This document shows positions 17,935-28,502 of a DNA stretch of 64,000 nucleotides, one piece after another (position 1 is the stretch's first letter; each line of letters begins with the position of its first letter). The stretch covers positions 34,798 to 98,797 of the forward strand of contig CAVQIK010000008.1 of the NCBI GenBank assembly GCA_963712535.1, written 5' to 3'. The translations under genes were made by a program, and so were the position numbers. The notes beneath the pieces are model-generated. The model was given only the letters and a program-made list of their open reading frames with translations, was not told where the DNA came from and ran no database searches. The DNA comes from an uncultured delta proteobacterium (GTDB taxonomy: Bacteria; Desulfobacterota; SM23-61).

Positions 17935-20391
17935 CTATTTTTTATCCCTCTCCGCGTCAAATTCCTTCATTCGGCTTGCGAGGTCATGCAGCTTTTCATC
18001 GACGAGATAATTCACCGTTCCTGCAGGGTATTTTCCGTCGCTCCCCTTTTCCCCCGCGGCGAGCCCGGTTAGGATTTCGATTCCCTGGTCGATGGTCTGC
18101 ACCGGGTAGATGTGAAATTTCCCCGCCGCTACCGCTTCCACAACATCTTTCCGGAGCATGAGGTCTCCGATGTTCTGGTGGGGGATCATCACCCCCTGGT
18201 TCCCGGTCAACCCCCGGGCGCGGCAGACGTCGAAGAAACCCTCGATCTTCTGGTTGACTCCCCCGATCGGCTGGATTTCGCCGTTCTGGTTGACCGATCC
18301 GGTAACGGCAATATCCTGGCGCAGGGGAACCCCGACCAGGCTGGAGAGGATGGCATACACCTCCGTGCGAAGAAGCGCTGTCCCCGTCCACCCCGCTGTA
18401 GGACTGTTCGAAGGCCAGGCTGGCCGTGAGCGTCATGGGCTTGTCCTGGGCGTATTTCCCCCGCAGGTACCCGCCCAGGATGAGCACCCCCTTATTGTGG
18501 GTCCGCCCCGACAGGTCGGCCTCCCGCTCGATGTTGATGATCCCCGATTTGCCCATGGAGGTCTTGGCCGTGATCCGGGAGGGTTTGCCGAAGGCGTATT
18601 CCCCCATGATCGTAGACCGAAAGGCCGTTGACCTGGCCCACCTTGGCCCCGTCGGAGTCGATCAGGATGATCCCGTCTTCGATCATCTCCTGGATCTTGT
18701 CCTCGATCATCTTGTTGCGGTAGATCTTCTCGGCGATGGCCTGGTCCACGTGCTTTTCCGTAGACCTTGTCGCTTCCCATCCTTCCTGGCCCAGTAACTC
18801 GCCTCCCGCAGGATGTCGCGTGATGCGGTGAAATTCCGTGGAAAGCTTCTTCTGCCGTCCCGCCAGCCGCACCCCGTATTCGATGACCGCGGCCACCCCG
18901 CTGCGGTCGAAGGGCAGGAGCTTCTCATCCTGGCAGATCTTGCGGATGAAAGCGGCGTACTGCACCTGGTTCTTCCTTGCGCTCCATCACCGTGTCGAAG
19001 TCGGCCTTGATCTTGAAGATCTTCTTGAAATCCTCATCCGCGTAATAGAGGGTCTCGTATAGGTAGGCAGTCGCCGATCATGACCACTTTCACCCGGACG
19101 TCGATCGGCTCGGGCTTCAGCGCCGAGCTGGCGAAGAGGTAAAAGGGATCGAAGGACTGCATCTCCATGCGAGCGGTTCCGCAGGGTCCGCTTCAGGGCG
19201 ATCCAGACCCCCGGCTCGATGAAAACATCGAGGGCGTTGAGGACCAGGTACCCCCCGTTCGCCCGGAGGAACGACCCGCTCTTGATCTTGGTGAAATCGG
19301 TCTTCCAGCATCCCGCCCATCCCCATGCTCCGTTCGATCGTTCCGAAGAGGTTGCGGTAGGTGGGGGAAGTCTCGATGATCACCGGCGCCCCTTTGGTTT
19401 CGGAGTTATCCACCAGGACATTGACCTGGAATTCGCTGAAGGTATCCACCGGCGGCGGGCATCATCAGGCCGGGGATGGGAAGCTGGGGAGTCTCGGCCT
19501 TGGGCTGAAATCGGGCCGGGTTTTCCAGGATGTTCTCTTTGACTTCATCCAGGTAGGCGTGGATCTTGGGCTGTTTGTATTTCTCCCGGATGTCGCCGAT
19601 CGCGCCTTCCACGAGGTGGGAGATGGCGGATTTATCCAGGGCGGACAGCTCCTCCTGGATGGTCTTTTCCACTTTGCGCGTTTCCTTCAGCACCTGCTCC
19701 ATCTCGGTGCTTAGAGCTGGCTGTATTTGGTTTTCAGCTCTTCGAAGGTCTCCTTCGGGAACTGTCCCTGGTCCACCAGGTTCTCCAGCTGATCCAGGGG
19801 CATGGCGTTGCCGGCCACCATGGGGACGACGTCCGGACGGGTGAAAGGACCCATCTGGACCTGCACCACGGCAAATCCTTCCTTCTTGGCCCGGGCTTCA
19901 AAGTCCTTGACCATCCCCTTCTCCCGCTCCCGGTGCTTTTCCACCAGTTCCCTTCTCTGTCTTCTGGTATTCTTCGCTCTCGAAGATGAGCGGGATCTTC
20001 TTCTTCAGGGATTCGATCAGATCGTCCATGTCTTTCTTGAAGACCTTCCCCTGGCCCGCGGGCAGGCAGATGCATTTGGGCTGATCCGGGTCTTTGAAGT
20101 TATTCACGTAGCAGAGGTCGTCGGGGATCTTGCCCGCTTTGTCGATCTCCTCCAAAAGGCATTTGATCGTCGTGTTGCGCCCGGTCCCCACCAGCCCCAC
20201 GACAAAGATGTTGTAGCCCAGGCTGTCCATCTCCAGGCCCAGGCGGATGGCTTTCAGCGCCCGCTCCTGGCCGATGATATCCGAGACAGGGCTGAACTTC
20301 GTTCGTCGTCTCGAAGGGCAGCGATTCGGGAGGGCAGCGCCACCGCAATTTTTCAACCGGAACTTCCTGCGTATTTTATAAGATCCGCCAT
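17935..20391 (-). CDS. Lon-family ATP-dependent protease (AAA plus Lon C domain; multiple frameshifts)
   Basis: Fragments LRWRC, DIIGQERALKAIRLGLEM...NIFVVG..GTGRNT, EQSYSGVDGDSAS, IAVTGSVNQNGEIQPIGGVNQKIEGFFDVC. RBS AGGAG before ATG 20391. Confidence 0.85.
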
Positions 20392-20498
20392 GGAGCTCCT
20401 CCCGAAACATGAAATTTTGAACCGTTACAGAATTCGACAGTTTTATTATACCCTTATTGGGCCAGATAGGGAGCAAGAAACAGGCCGATTGCCGGGCG

Positions 20499-20530
20499 AA
20501 AAAAAAGAGTGGGGCCGATGAGCCCCACTC
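20499..20530 (-). terminator. Rho-independent terminator of the ArsA-like operon
   Basis: 9-bp stem GAGTGGGGC/GCCCCACTC followed by a T-run on the minus strand, just after the stop at 20567. Confidence 0.8.
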
Positions 20531-20566
20531 CCGAGGAGTTCAGGTCGGCCTATTAATGGTTGTCTT

Positions 20567-21551
20567 TCAGACGAAGAGATGATCCGCCAGCTTCCGCAGC
20601 ATGACCGGCCCTTGAATCTCGGTTTCGAAGAGGGGAACGATGGAACGGACTCCATCGCCGAAGGCCTGCCAGATCTCCTCCATGTGCTCGTCCTGCATCT
20701 TCACCCGGTTGCGCACGAATTCCGGAGAATCGGCCTTGACCGTCTCCTTCTGGATCAGGCCGTTGACGATGACTCCGCCCACCGGAATTCCGAAATCGTG
20801 GAACCACTGGATGAACCGGGTGATGACCGCGATGGGGAGGGCTCTCCGGCAGGGTCACGAAGAAGAAGGAGGTCATCGCGGGATCGGTCAGGAGGACTTT
20901 CGCATTGGCCATCCGGTCCTTGAACTGGAGCAGGTAGTCCATCAAGGGGTCCTTCTCCTCCTTCTTGGTGTAGGAAAGGGCCTTGCGCAGGACCTTGGCC
21001 TCATCCCGGCTCTTGAGCATCTTATCCACCCAGAGGGAGTAAACCTTGGACATACCCAGCAGCCGCCGGGCATTGGCGGTGGGCGCCGTGTCAAAGACGT
21101 AGATTTCGTATTCGTCCTTGAACATCAGGTCGATCATGTTCTCAAACATGGCCGACTCTTCAAAAGCCGGGTTCATCGTGGCCGACTCGACGAATTCCTC
21201 GGCCTTGATGGTAATGTCGGCGAATTTGAGGAACCAGGCGATCTTTTCCCGGATCTGCCTGTTTGGACCGCTCGATGGATTCCTTGGTGTCGATCTCGAA
21301 GGCATAACATTGTTTCTCGTCGCAGATCAGACACCGGTTTGCCGAAAACGTCCTGGTTCAGCAGGTTGCTCAGGCTGTGGACCGGGTTGGTGGAAGCCAG
21401 GAGGGTCTTCTTCCCCTGTTTGGCAAACCACAGGGCCGCGGCCCCGGCCATGATGGTCTTGCCCACTCCGCCCTTTGCCCCCGAAAAAGACGTACTTGAG
21501 CTTGGGGTTGGCTTTCATATAGTCGGTCATGCTGGTGGTGATTCCGCTCAT
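20567..21551 (-). CDS. ArsA/GET3/TRC40-family ATPase, subunit 2 (frameshifted)
   Basis: KYVFFGGKG(G.)GKTI, LLASTNPVHSLSNL, MNPAFEESAMF, FDTAPTANARRLL, FFFVTLPE, GGVIVNGLI. ATG overlaps the stop of subunit 1. Confidence 0.85.
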
Positions 21552-22542
21552 GTTTTCCCTCCGTTGCCGAACATGGCCTTGGCCATCTTTTCGATCATCG
21601 GCAGACCGGTGACATCCCGTTCCATCTCGGGGACCGAAGCCAGGATCTCGTTCTTGAAAGTCTCATCGATGAGCTTCAGGTATTTGTCCTGCATGGTGAT
21701 CCGGTGGCGCAGATACTCGGGGATGTCCTGGTTCTTCAGCTCCGGGGGAAGGACCCGGTTGATGATGTACCCGCTCAGGGGGACGTCGAACTTGGCGAAG
21801 AGCTGAGCGGCCTTCTGGGTGTCTTTGATGATCATCTCCTCGGGCACGATGACAAAGAAGAAGGCCGTCTTCTGCTTGTCCGTGAGGATGCTCGAGGATT
21901 TGTTGATCCGGTCTTTGATCCACAAGCAGCTCGGTGAGGATCTTGTCCTCCTCCGTTTCCTTCTCCCTCTTCACGATGGCCGCTACCTTGTCGTATTCGG
22001 CCATCTCGCCCCGGAGGTGGGTAATTTTATCGATCCAGGCGTCATACACCGAGGCCATGGAGAGGTAGTAGAGGGCATGACCCAGGGGAACGAGGTCGTA
22101 GATGTAGTAGTCATAGCCGCCTTTGACCACGATGTCCACGACTTCGTCGAAGATCGCGCTCTCTTCCATCGCCGGCTCGGCGGCCGCGGCCTGGATGTAG
22201 CCTTCGATCTCCTCGGGAACTTTCGGCAGCCCGTACATATCCAGGATCTTCTTGCGAATCTCGTCCTGGTATTCCTTGATCCGGCGGTCGGCGTCGATCT
22301 CCTGGGCGTAGAGGTTGGGCATGATCTCCACCGCGCCCTTTGCCGAAGATGTCCCGCTTGAAGATGTCGCTCAGCGAGGCCTGGGGGTCCACGGAAAAGA
22401 CCAGGACCTTGTGTCCCTTGCTTGGCCAGGTAATAGGCCGTAGCCGCGGAGAAGGTGGTCTTTCCCAGTCCTCCTTTTCCGCCGAACATGATGTACCGCC
22501 GGTCGGGAAACTTTTCAAAAATGTCTGCGAGTGGAATGGCAC
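21548..22542 (-). CDS. ArsA/GET3/TRC40-family ATPase, subunit 1 (frameshifted)
   Basis: RBS AAGGAGGT plus [73 protein letters not shown]. Confidence 0.85.
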
Positions 22543-22643
22543 ACCTCCTTCTATGGGTGAAGACATACGCTGGCTGCCTAAGAATTTATATTGGGCGATT
22601 CATGAGACCGGGCTCGAATTCCCGCCCGCTTTGGCTGGATCCC

Positions 22644-22938
22644 TTACGCCAGGGCGTCCGTCAGATCCCGCTCCCGGAGCATCCTCCGCTTCCAGGTGGA
22701 AATCTGGGGGACCACATAGGGCAGAATACGCAGGGAATAATAAGGAGGCAGAATGGGGACCCCCAGCAGGTCACCCATGGTGATCAGGATGAAGAGGTGC
22801 TCCATGCTCCCCCGGGTTTTCAGGGCGAACCGGGCGGTGTCGTGGGCCGCCATGCCGTAGATCATCTCCTTGGCGGCTTTTCCAAACCTGCTCGAAGATG
22901 CCTTTCTTGTTCCTCGATTTTTCTTCCTCTTTGGCCAT
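22644..22938 (-). CDS. Small hypothetical protein with one hydrophobic segment (cory-CC-star-like; one frameshift)
   Basis: RBS GGAGAAGG plus ATG 22938. MAKEEEK...GIFEQVWK joins AAKEMIYG...LFILITMGDLLGVPILPPYYSLRILPYVVPQISTWKRRMLRE after removing one base from the A-run. Confidence 0.7.
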
Positions 22939-23339
22939 TGACCCTTCTCCTGTGAGCGTCTTGATTTGCCGAATTTTCCATCGGATGCCATTATATTCCC
23001 ACGGCAGAAGAATGTCAAATAAAAAAATCCGGAATAGTCGGGAACGGGTCCTGAATGCGGGTCCTGAGCCACGGGTCAGCGGGCGGGGGCTTTGGAAGGA
23101 TGATCTACATCATTGTCCGCGTTCTTCCGAACAAAAATAATGTTGACATCCTACCCGTATTGTGCCAGAAATAGCCCCAAATAGGTCTGAGCCGAAAATT
23201 TTTCTGTGAAAGGAGGTGATCGAAGGTTCACGCGTCTCCCTGAAAAGGTTCGTGTCTTCGAACGTGTCCGGCCTCTCCCGATGGCTTGGGGAGAGCAAGA
23301 ATAAGGTCCCTCAAGACTTAACTCGAAGGAGGGAGAAAG

Positions 23340-25116
23340 ATGACGTCGTTATATGCTTTGATCTTGGGCATCGTCTGGATTGTTCTGGTCTACAAATTCT
23401 ACGCCAAATACATAGACCGGAAAATTATCATGGCCGACTCCAAGAAAGCGACTCCCGCCGTCATGTACATGGACGGGGTGGAGTTCATGCCCGCCAACAA
23501 AAACGTCCTCTTTGGTTTCCAATACAAATCCATCTGCGGCATAGGACCTGTCGCCGGGGCGATCTTCGCCTCGAACTGGGGCTGGCTGCCGGCCATGCTC
23601 TACCTCCTGCTGGGCGTGGCTTTGCTCGGGTGGGTCCATGACTACACCTCCACCATGGTCGGCGTCCGCAGGGAGGGAATGAGCCTGGGAGGCATGAGTT
23701 ACACCCTGATCTCTCCCCGGGCCAGAACCCTGATCAGCATCTTCATCTATTTCAACCTCATGCTCAGCTTCGGCGCCTTTGCGGTGATGATCGCCTCCAA
23801 CTTCACCGTCCCCACCGGTCCCCTGGGAATCATCATCTGGGTCCTGATGGGCCTCCTGGCCGGCCAGATGATTTACAAATGGAAGCAATCCATTGTGACC
23901 ACCACTCTGGTGACCGTGGTCATCACCTTCTTCGGGATCTTCTACCTGACCAGCCTGCCCTCGGTGACGGCATTTTTCAAAGCGATCAGCGGCGGCGACA
24001 AGCCCCCCATCATCTTCGGGGTCACCAACCAGGCCCAGTTCATCTGGACGATCGCGGTTCTGATCTTCTGTTATTTCGGGGCCATCCTGCCCATCTGGCG
24101 CTGGGCCCAGCCCATCAACTACCTGGGGTTCTGGGTGGTTTTCATCGGCATGGTTTGCATTTCGCTGGGAATCATCTTCTGGAATCCCTCCTTCGCCAAC
24201 TTCCCCGCTTACAAAGGATGGTGGTGGGGGACCAATCCTCTCTGGCCGATCCTTTTCGTGACCCTCATGTGCGGGGCGGTCTCGGGCTGGCATTCCCTGG
24301 TGGGCAGCTCGGGAACCGCCCGAATGCTGGAGAAGGAAACCGACACCCTGCCGGTGGCCGGCGGCGCCATGCTCCTGGAGATGATCATGGGCATGCTGGC
24401 CCTGATCATCGCCGTATCGGCCTTCGGGAGTTTTGATGGGTTTGCCGCCGCTATGAAGGGAGGAGGACCGCCCGCGGTCTTCACTGCCGGGGGCGCAAAA
24501 TTCTTCGCGGCCATCGGAATTCCGATCGCGCAGTGCCCTTGTCTTCGGCAACATCATGTTTGCCGTCATCGCCATGACCCTCATCCACCTGGGGGTGAGG
24601 TTCATGCGCCTCTACGGGGCTGATGTGCTCGGGGAACACTGGCCGATCTTCAAGAACGTCCAGTTTTCCACCATCTTCACCCTGATCATCTTCGGCGTCT
24701 TCTGCTTCACCGGGGTTCTGTCCACCCTCTGGTTCCTGGGAGGGGCGTTCAACCAGATGCTGGCCGCCATGGCCTTGCTCATCGCCACCTGCTGGCTGGC
24801 CTACGAGAAGAAGGCGTACGGGTTTACCCTCTACCCGTCCATCTTCCTCTTCGTGACCACCATCTCGGCGGCCATCTGGATCTCCTACAAGACGATCAGA
24901 CATTTCTTCATCACGCCGAATATCACCACGGACCGGGCCGTCGGCGACTGGCTCACGGGCCTGATCGCCCTCTTCCTGGTTTACTGTGCGGCGGTCTTGA
25001 TCAAAGACGGCTTTGCGGCCATAAGGAAATTCACCAGCGAAAAGCGAGCACCGGGCAAACCGGCTGCGGTGCCCGGCATCGGCGGAAGTGCAAGTAGGGA
25101 ATCAGGAAAGCAGTAA
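23340..25116 (+). CDS. cstA: Carbon starvation CstA-family transporter (one frameshift ~24540)
   Basis: TPAVMYMDGVEFMPA, LFGFQYKSICGIGPVAGAI, WGWLPA, GWVHDY, PILFVTLMCGAVSGWHSLVGSSGTARML, GGAMLLE. A second ORF supplies the remaining TM helices. Confidence 0.88.
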
Positions 25117-25225
25117 TTGAGTTCGGAGATCGGAGTTCGGAGAAAAGGAGGCAGTTCCTCCGAACTCCGAACTCCGTTCCTTCTTTTTGATCATTCGTCT
25201 TCCAAAAGCCTCATCGGGTAAAAGA

Positions 25226-25600
25226 ATGAAACCGATTATCCTCGAAGTCATTTCCCTGATCCCCGGCCTTTTCGCCAGCTGAACTCACTGTGAGTATGTC
25301 ACAGACCAGGTGGGTCTGAAGGAACAAGCGGGATAACCAGGACCTCAACGATTATCCCGAAGGACCTGAAGGAGGACTACCTGTTTCTCTCCGGATGGAT
25401 CAGGGAGTTATCCCAAAAATACCGGGAGAAATATCTTGATCCGGATTACCGACGCCCAATCCCTCCAGGGGTTTTATAAATCCATCCGCTACCGGGCCTT
25501 CCGCTACCCGGCCTTCATCATCAATAAGAAGAAGAAATACACGGGAAAGGACAAAGTCCGGCTCGACAGCCTCCTCCGGGAAGAACTGGGCAATGCCTGA
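25226..25600 (+). CDS. Thioredoxin-like selenoprotein with UxxC motif (not in ORF track; apparent +1 errors downstream)
   Basis: MKPIILEVISLIPGLFAS-TGA(25280-82)-THCEY. After correcting three single-base insertions (~25328, ~25361, ~25430) it reads DLKEDYLFLSGWIRELSQKY...IRITDAQSLQGFYKSIRYRAFRYPAFIIN...LREELGNA*. Confidence 0.7.
25302..25318 (+). promoter_or_regulatory. Putative bacterial SECIS hairpin
   Basis: CAGACC-AGGTG-GGTCTG with the loop starting 25 nt after the UGA. Confidence 0.6.
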
Positions 25601-26115
25601 CCTCCCGCCGTCCGCACCGCCCTCTGAGCGAAAAAAGCAGATCGTCGCCGCCAAGAACCTTCTATTCGGGACCGGCTATTTCCTGATCCTGTCCCTCCCC
25701 GAAGGCTGGGGGATTATCCGGAGTTATTTGGAGCCGGACGTTCATTCCACCGTGACGCGGGGGCGGATGACCTGGGTGGAGGCCGGCCAGGCGGATCAGA
25801 TCGTATTCAACCGCCACCGGAGGATTGCCCTCGATTTCATGATCCAGATCAAACGGGGAAAACACGATACCCTGGATCTGAAAGGGGTGCAGGTCTCTTC
25901 CCAGGGCTCGGGGATCGTGGGCGGCCATCCCGCTTCTTACTGTTTCGGAGAGGTGAAACAAGGTTTCATCAAGAAAGAAATCCTACAAGACCCTTCGCCT
26001 CTGCTTCTACTGCCCGGAGCTGCAGCACACCCTCTTTTTGCACTTCACCGGAAAATGCGAGGAGTCGGATCTGCAGGAAATTTTCGACTCCCTTGCCAGC
26101 CTGGAATGCCACTGA
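25593..26115 (+). CDS. Hypothetical protein ending in LECH (one frameshift ~25976)
   Basis: Start overlaps the upstream stop. After the shift it reads KKKSYKTLRLCFYCPELQHTLFLHFTGKC...LASLECH*. Confidence 0.6.
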
Positions 26116-26257
26116 AAACAAGTTTCAGGTTTCAGGTTGCAGGTCTCAGGTCACAGCCTCCATGCGGTTTTCCAGCGGCCGATCTATATTCTTGACATCT
26201 TCTTCTTTCTATCAATTAAGATTACCGAAACTCATAATTTTCCGCGGGAGATTCAGG

Positions 26258-27283
26258 ATGAAAGGCAAATCGTACGCAGTGGCCGTGGCCGGAGCCACGG
26301 GGGCCGTCGGCCTGGAGATGATCAAAACCCTGGAGCAGCGGAAATTTCCCGTCGGCTCCATCAAACTTCTGGCCTCGGAACGTTCCGTCGGAAAAGAGCT
26401 GCGCTTCAGAGGGAAAGCCAGTCAAGGTCGAAAAGCTGACCAAGGACTCTTTCCAGGGAATACAGATCGCCCTCTTTTCCGCCGGGGCCTCCCGCAGCCT
26501 GGAATTTGGCCCCGCAGCGGCCTCTTCCGGCGCCGTGGTCGTCGACAACAGCAGCGCCTTCCGCATGGACCCGGAAATCCCGCTGGTCGTGCCGGAAGTC
26601 AACCCCCATGCCATCGCCCAGTACAAAAAGCGGGGAATCATCGCCAATCCCAATTGCTCCACCATTCAGATGGTGGTGGCCCTGAAGCCCATCCACGACG
26701 TCGCCCGGATCAAACGGATCGTCGTTTCCACCTACCAGGCCGTTTCCGGGACCGGCCTCAAGGCCATCGATGAGCTCCTGACCCAGACCCGGGCATATCC
26801 TGAATTCGCAGGAAATCCAGAAGAAGGTTTACCCTCATCAGATCGCCTTCAACTGCCTGCCCGCATATCGATTCCTTCCTGGAGAACGGGTACACCAAGG
26901 AAGAGATGAAGATGGTCAACGAGACCCGCAAAATCATGGAGGATCCCACCATCCGGGTCACCGCCACCACCGTGCGGGTTCCCGTTCTTCACAGCCATTC
27001 CGAGTCGGTCAACATCGAGACGGAAAAGAAGATCACGGCCCAGCAGGTACGAGAAATCCTCTCCAAGGCGCCCGGTGTTCAGGTGGTCGACAACCCCGCC
27101 CTGAATGAATACCCCCTGGCCATCCATGCCGCCGGCCGGGACGAAACCTTTGTGGGCCGAATCCGGGAAGACGAATCGATCCCCAACGGGATCAATATGT
27201 GGATCGTCTCCGACAATATCCGCAAGGGCGCGGCCCTGAACGCGGTTCAGATCGCCGAGATCCTGATCGAAAAATACCTCTGA
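26258..27283 (+). CDS. asd: Aspartate-semialdehyde dehydrogenase (frameshifted)
   Basis: VAVAGATGAVG, VVDNSSAFRMDP..PLVVPEVN, IIANPNCSTIQM, VSTYQAVSG, ATTVRVPV..SHSE, WIVSDNIRKGAALNAVQIAE. Confidence 0.93.
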
Positions 27284-28088
27284 TGAAGTTCCTGCAGGAC
27301 ATCACCCTCGGGCAGTATCATGCCCGGGGATTCCTTTCTTCATCGCCTGGACCCCCGGACCAAGTTCCTCTCCCTGATCGTTGCTCATGATCGTCACTTT
27401 TCTGATCCAGTCCTACCCGGCTCTGGTCTTGCTCTGGGCCTTCTTCTTCCTGGCGCTGACGCTTTCCGGCCTCTCCTGGGGTTACGTTTTCCGCGGCGTC
27501 CGGTCCTTCCTCTGGCTCTTCCTGTTCACCGCCGCGGTCCATCTCTTCTTTACCCCCGGCCCTTCCCTGCCCTTTTTTCCCCTGGGATTCATCGATGTCA
27601 CCTGGCCGGGCCTGGCCAAAGGGCGTCTTTGTGGCCGCCCAGCTCTCCTGGCGATTCTCTTCTCCTCCCTCATGACCCTGACCACGTCCCCCCTGCAGCT
27701 GGCCCACGGCCTGGAGAAACTCCTCTCCCCCTTGAAACGTTTTCGTGTGCCCGTAGGGGATTTTTCCCTGATGACCATGCTGGCCATCAAGTTCATTCCG
27801 ATTCTCCTGGGAGAAACCCAGCGGATCATCAAGGCCCAGAGCGCCCGGGGAGTGGATTTTGAATCCGGCAACTTCTTTCGCCGGGCCAGAAACCTCCTTC
27901 CGATCCTGACTCCTCTTTTTCACAGTGTCTTCAAGCGGGCCGACGACCTGGCCGTCGCCCTGCTTGCCCGCGGATACGTCAGCGGCGCCAAACGGACCTA
28001 CCTCCATGAACTTAAGATGAAGAAGAAAGATTATGGGGTGCTGGCGGCAGTAATCGGGATTCTGATTTTGGCGTTGAAAATGGGCTAG
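27283..28088 (+). CDS. ecfT: ECF transporter transmembrane component T (frameshifted)
   Basis: QDITLGQY.PGDSFLHRLDPRTK, LTTSPLQLAHGLE, LAIKFIPIL, AQSARG and ALLARGY (two ARG motifs). Confidence 0.88.
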
Positions 28089-28242
28089 TACAAGAATTCC
28101 TAAATCCCGAACTCCAAATTGTGTAAGTGTTTAGCCCCATGAAAAAGCGTTCCAAAATTAACTGGAAGCCTCAGAAATCCCCCCAAATCCCCATTGAAGC
28201 TGTGAAAAAATCCGAGGGAATGGAAATTGGCGGGCGGTACCA

Positions 28243-28459
28243 TGTCCAGGAGACGGCAAAAATTTGCCGGCCAAAAGAGGCACAGGTTCCTTCTTTGCCC
28301 GGGGGGTACTGAACTTTTGCAACGGCAAATGGAAATCATGTTGTAATTACCCGGGTTACCCCGAATTTGCCGGCATTCCTTTGCGGAACTCAGGTGAACC
28401 CATTGGAGATAAGAACATCCCGCCGATTTTGGCCGGCAAATTTTTGCCGTCCCCTGGAC
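28243..28459. mobile_element. MITE-like element (217 bp) with TG...CA ends
   Basis: Terminal IR TGTCCAGG(A)GACGGCAAAAATTTGCCGGCCAAAA (28243-28276) versus 28427-28459, identical except for one indel. No internal transposase. Confidence 0.7.
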
Positions 28460-28502
28460 AACAAGAGAGGCTGTATGTATCCTCGGTTTAATTTTTTCAC
28501 AC

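Noticed and set aside
20567-22542. Arsenic-resistance ArsA interpretation
   Set aside because: No arsB/acr3, arsC, arsD or arsR nearby, no evident metalloid-binding Cys set, and the context is cstA.
17935-27400. Programmed frameshifting or phase variation
   Set aside because: Indels are scattered across unrelated genes, many outside long homopolymers, and hit asd. Sequencing error is more parsimonious.
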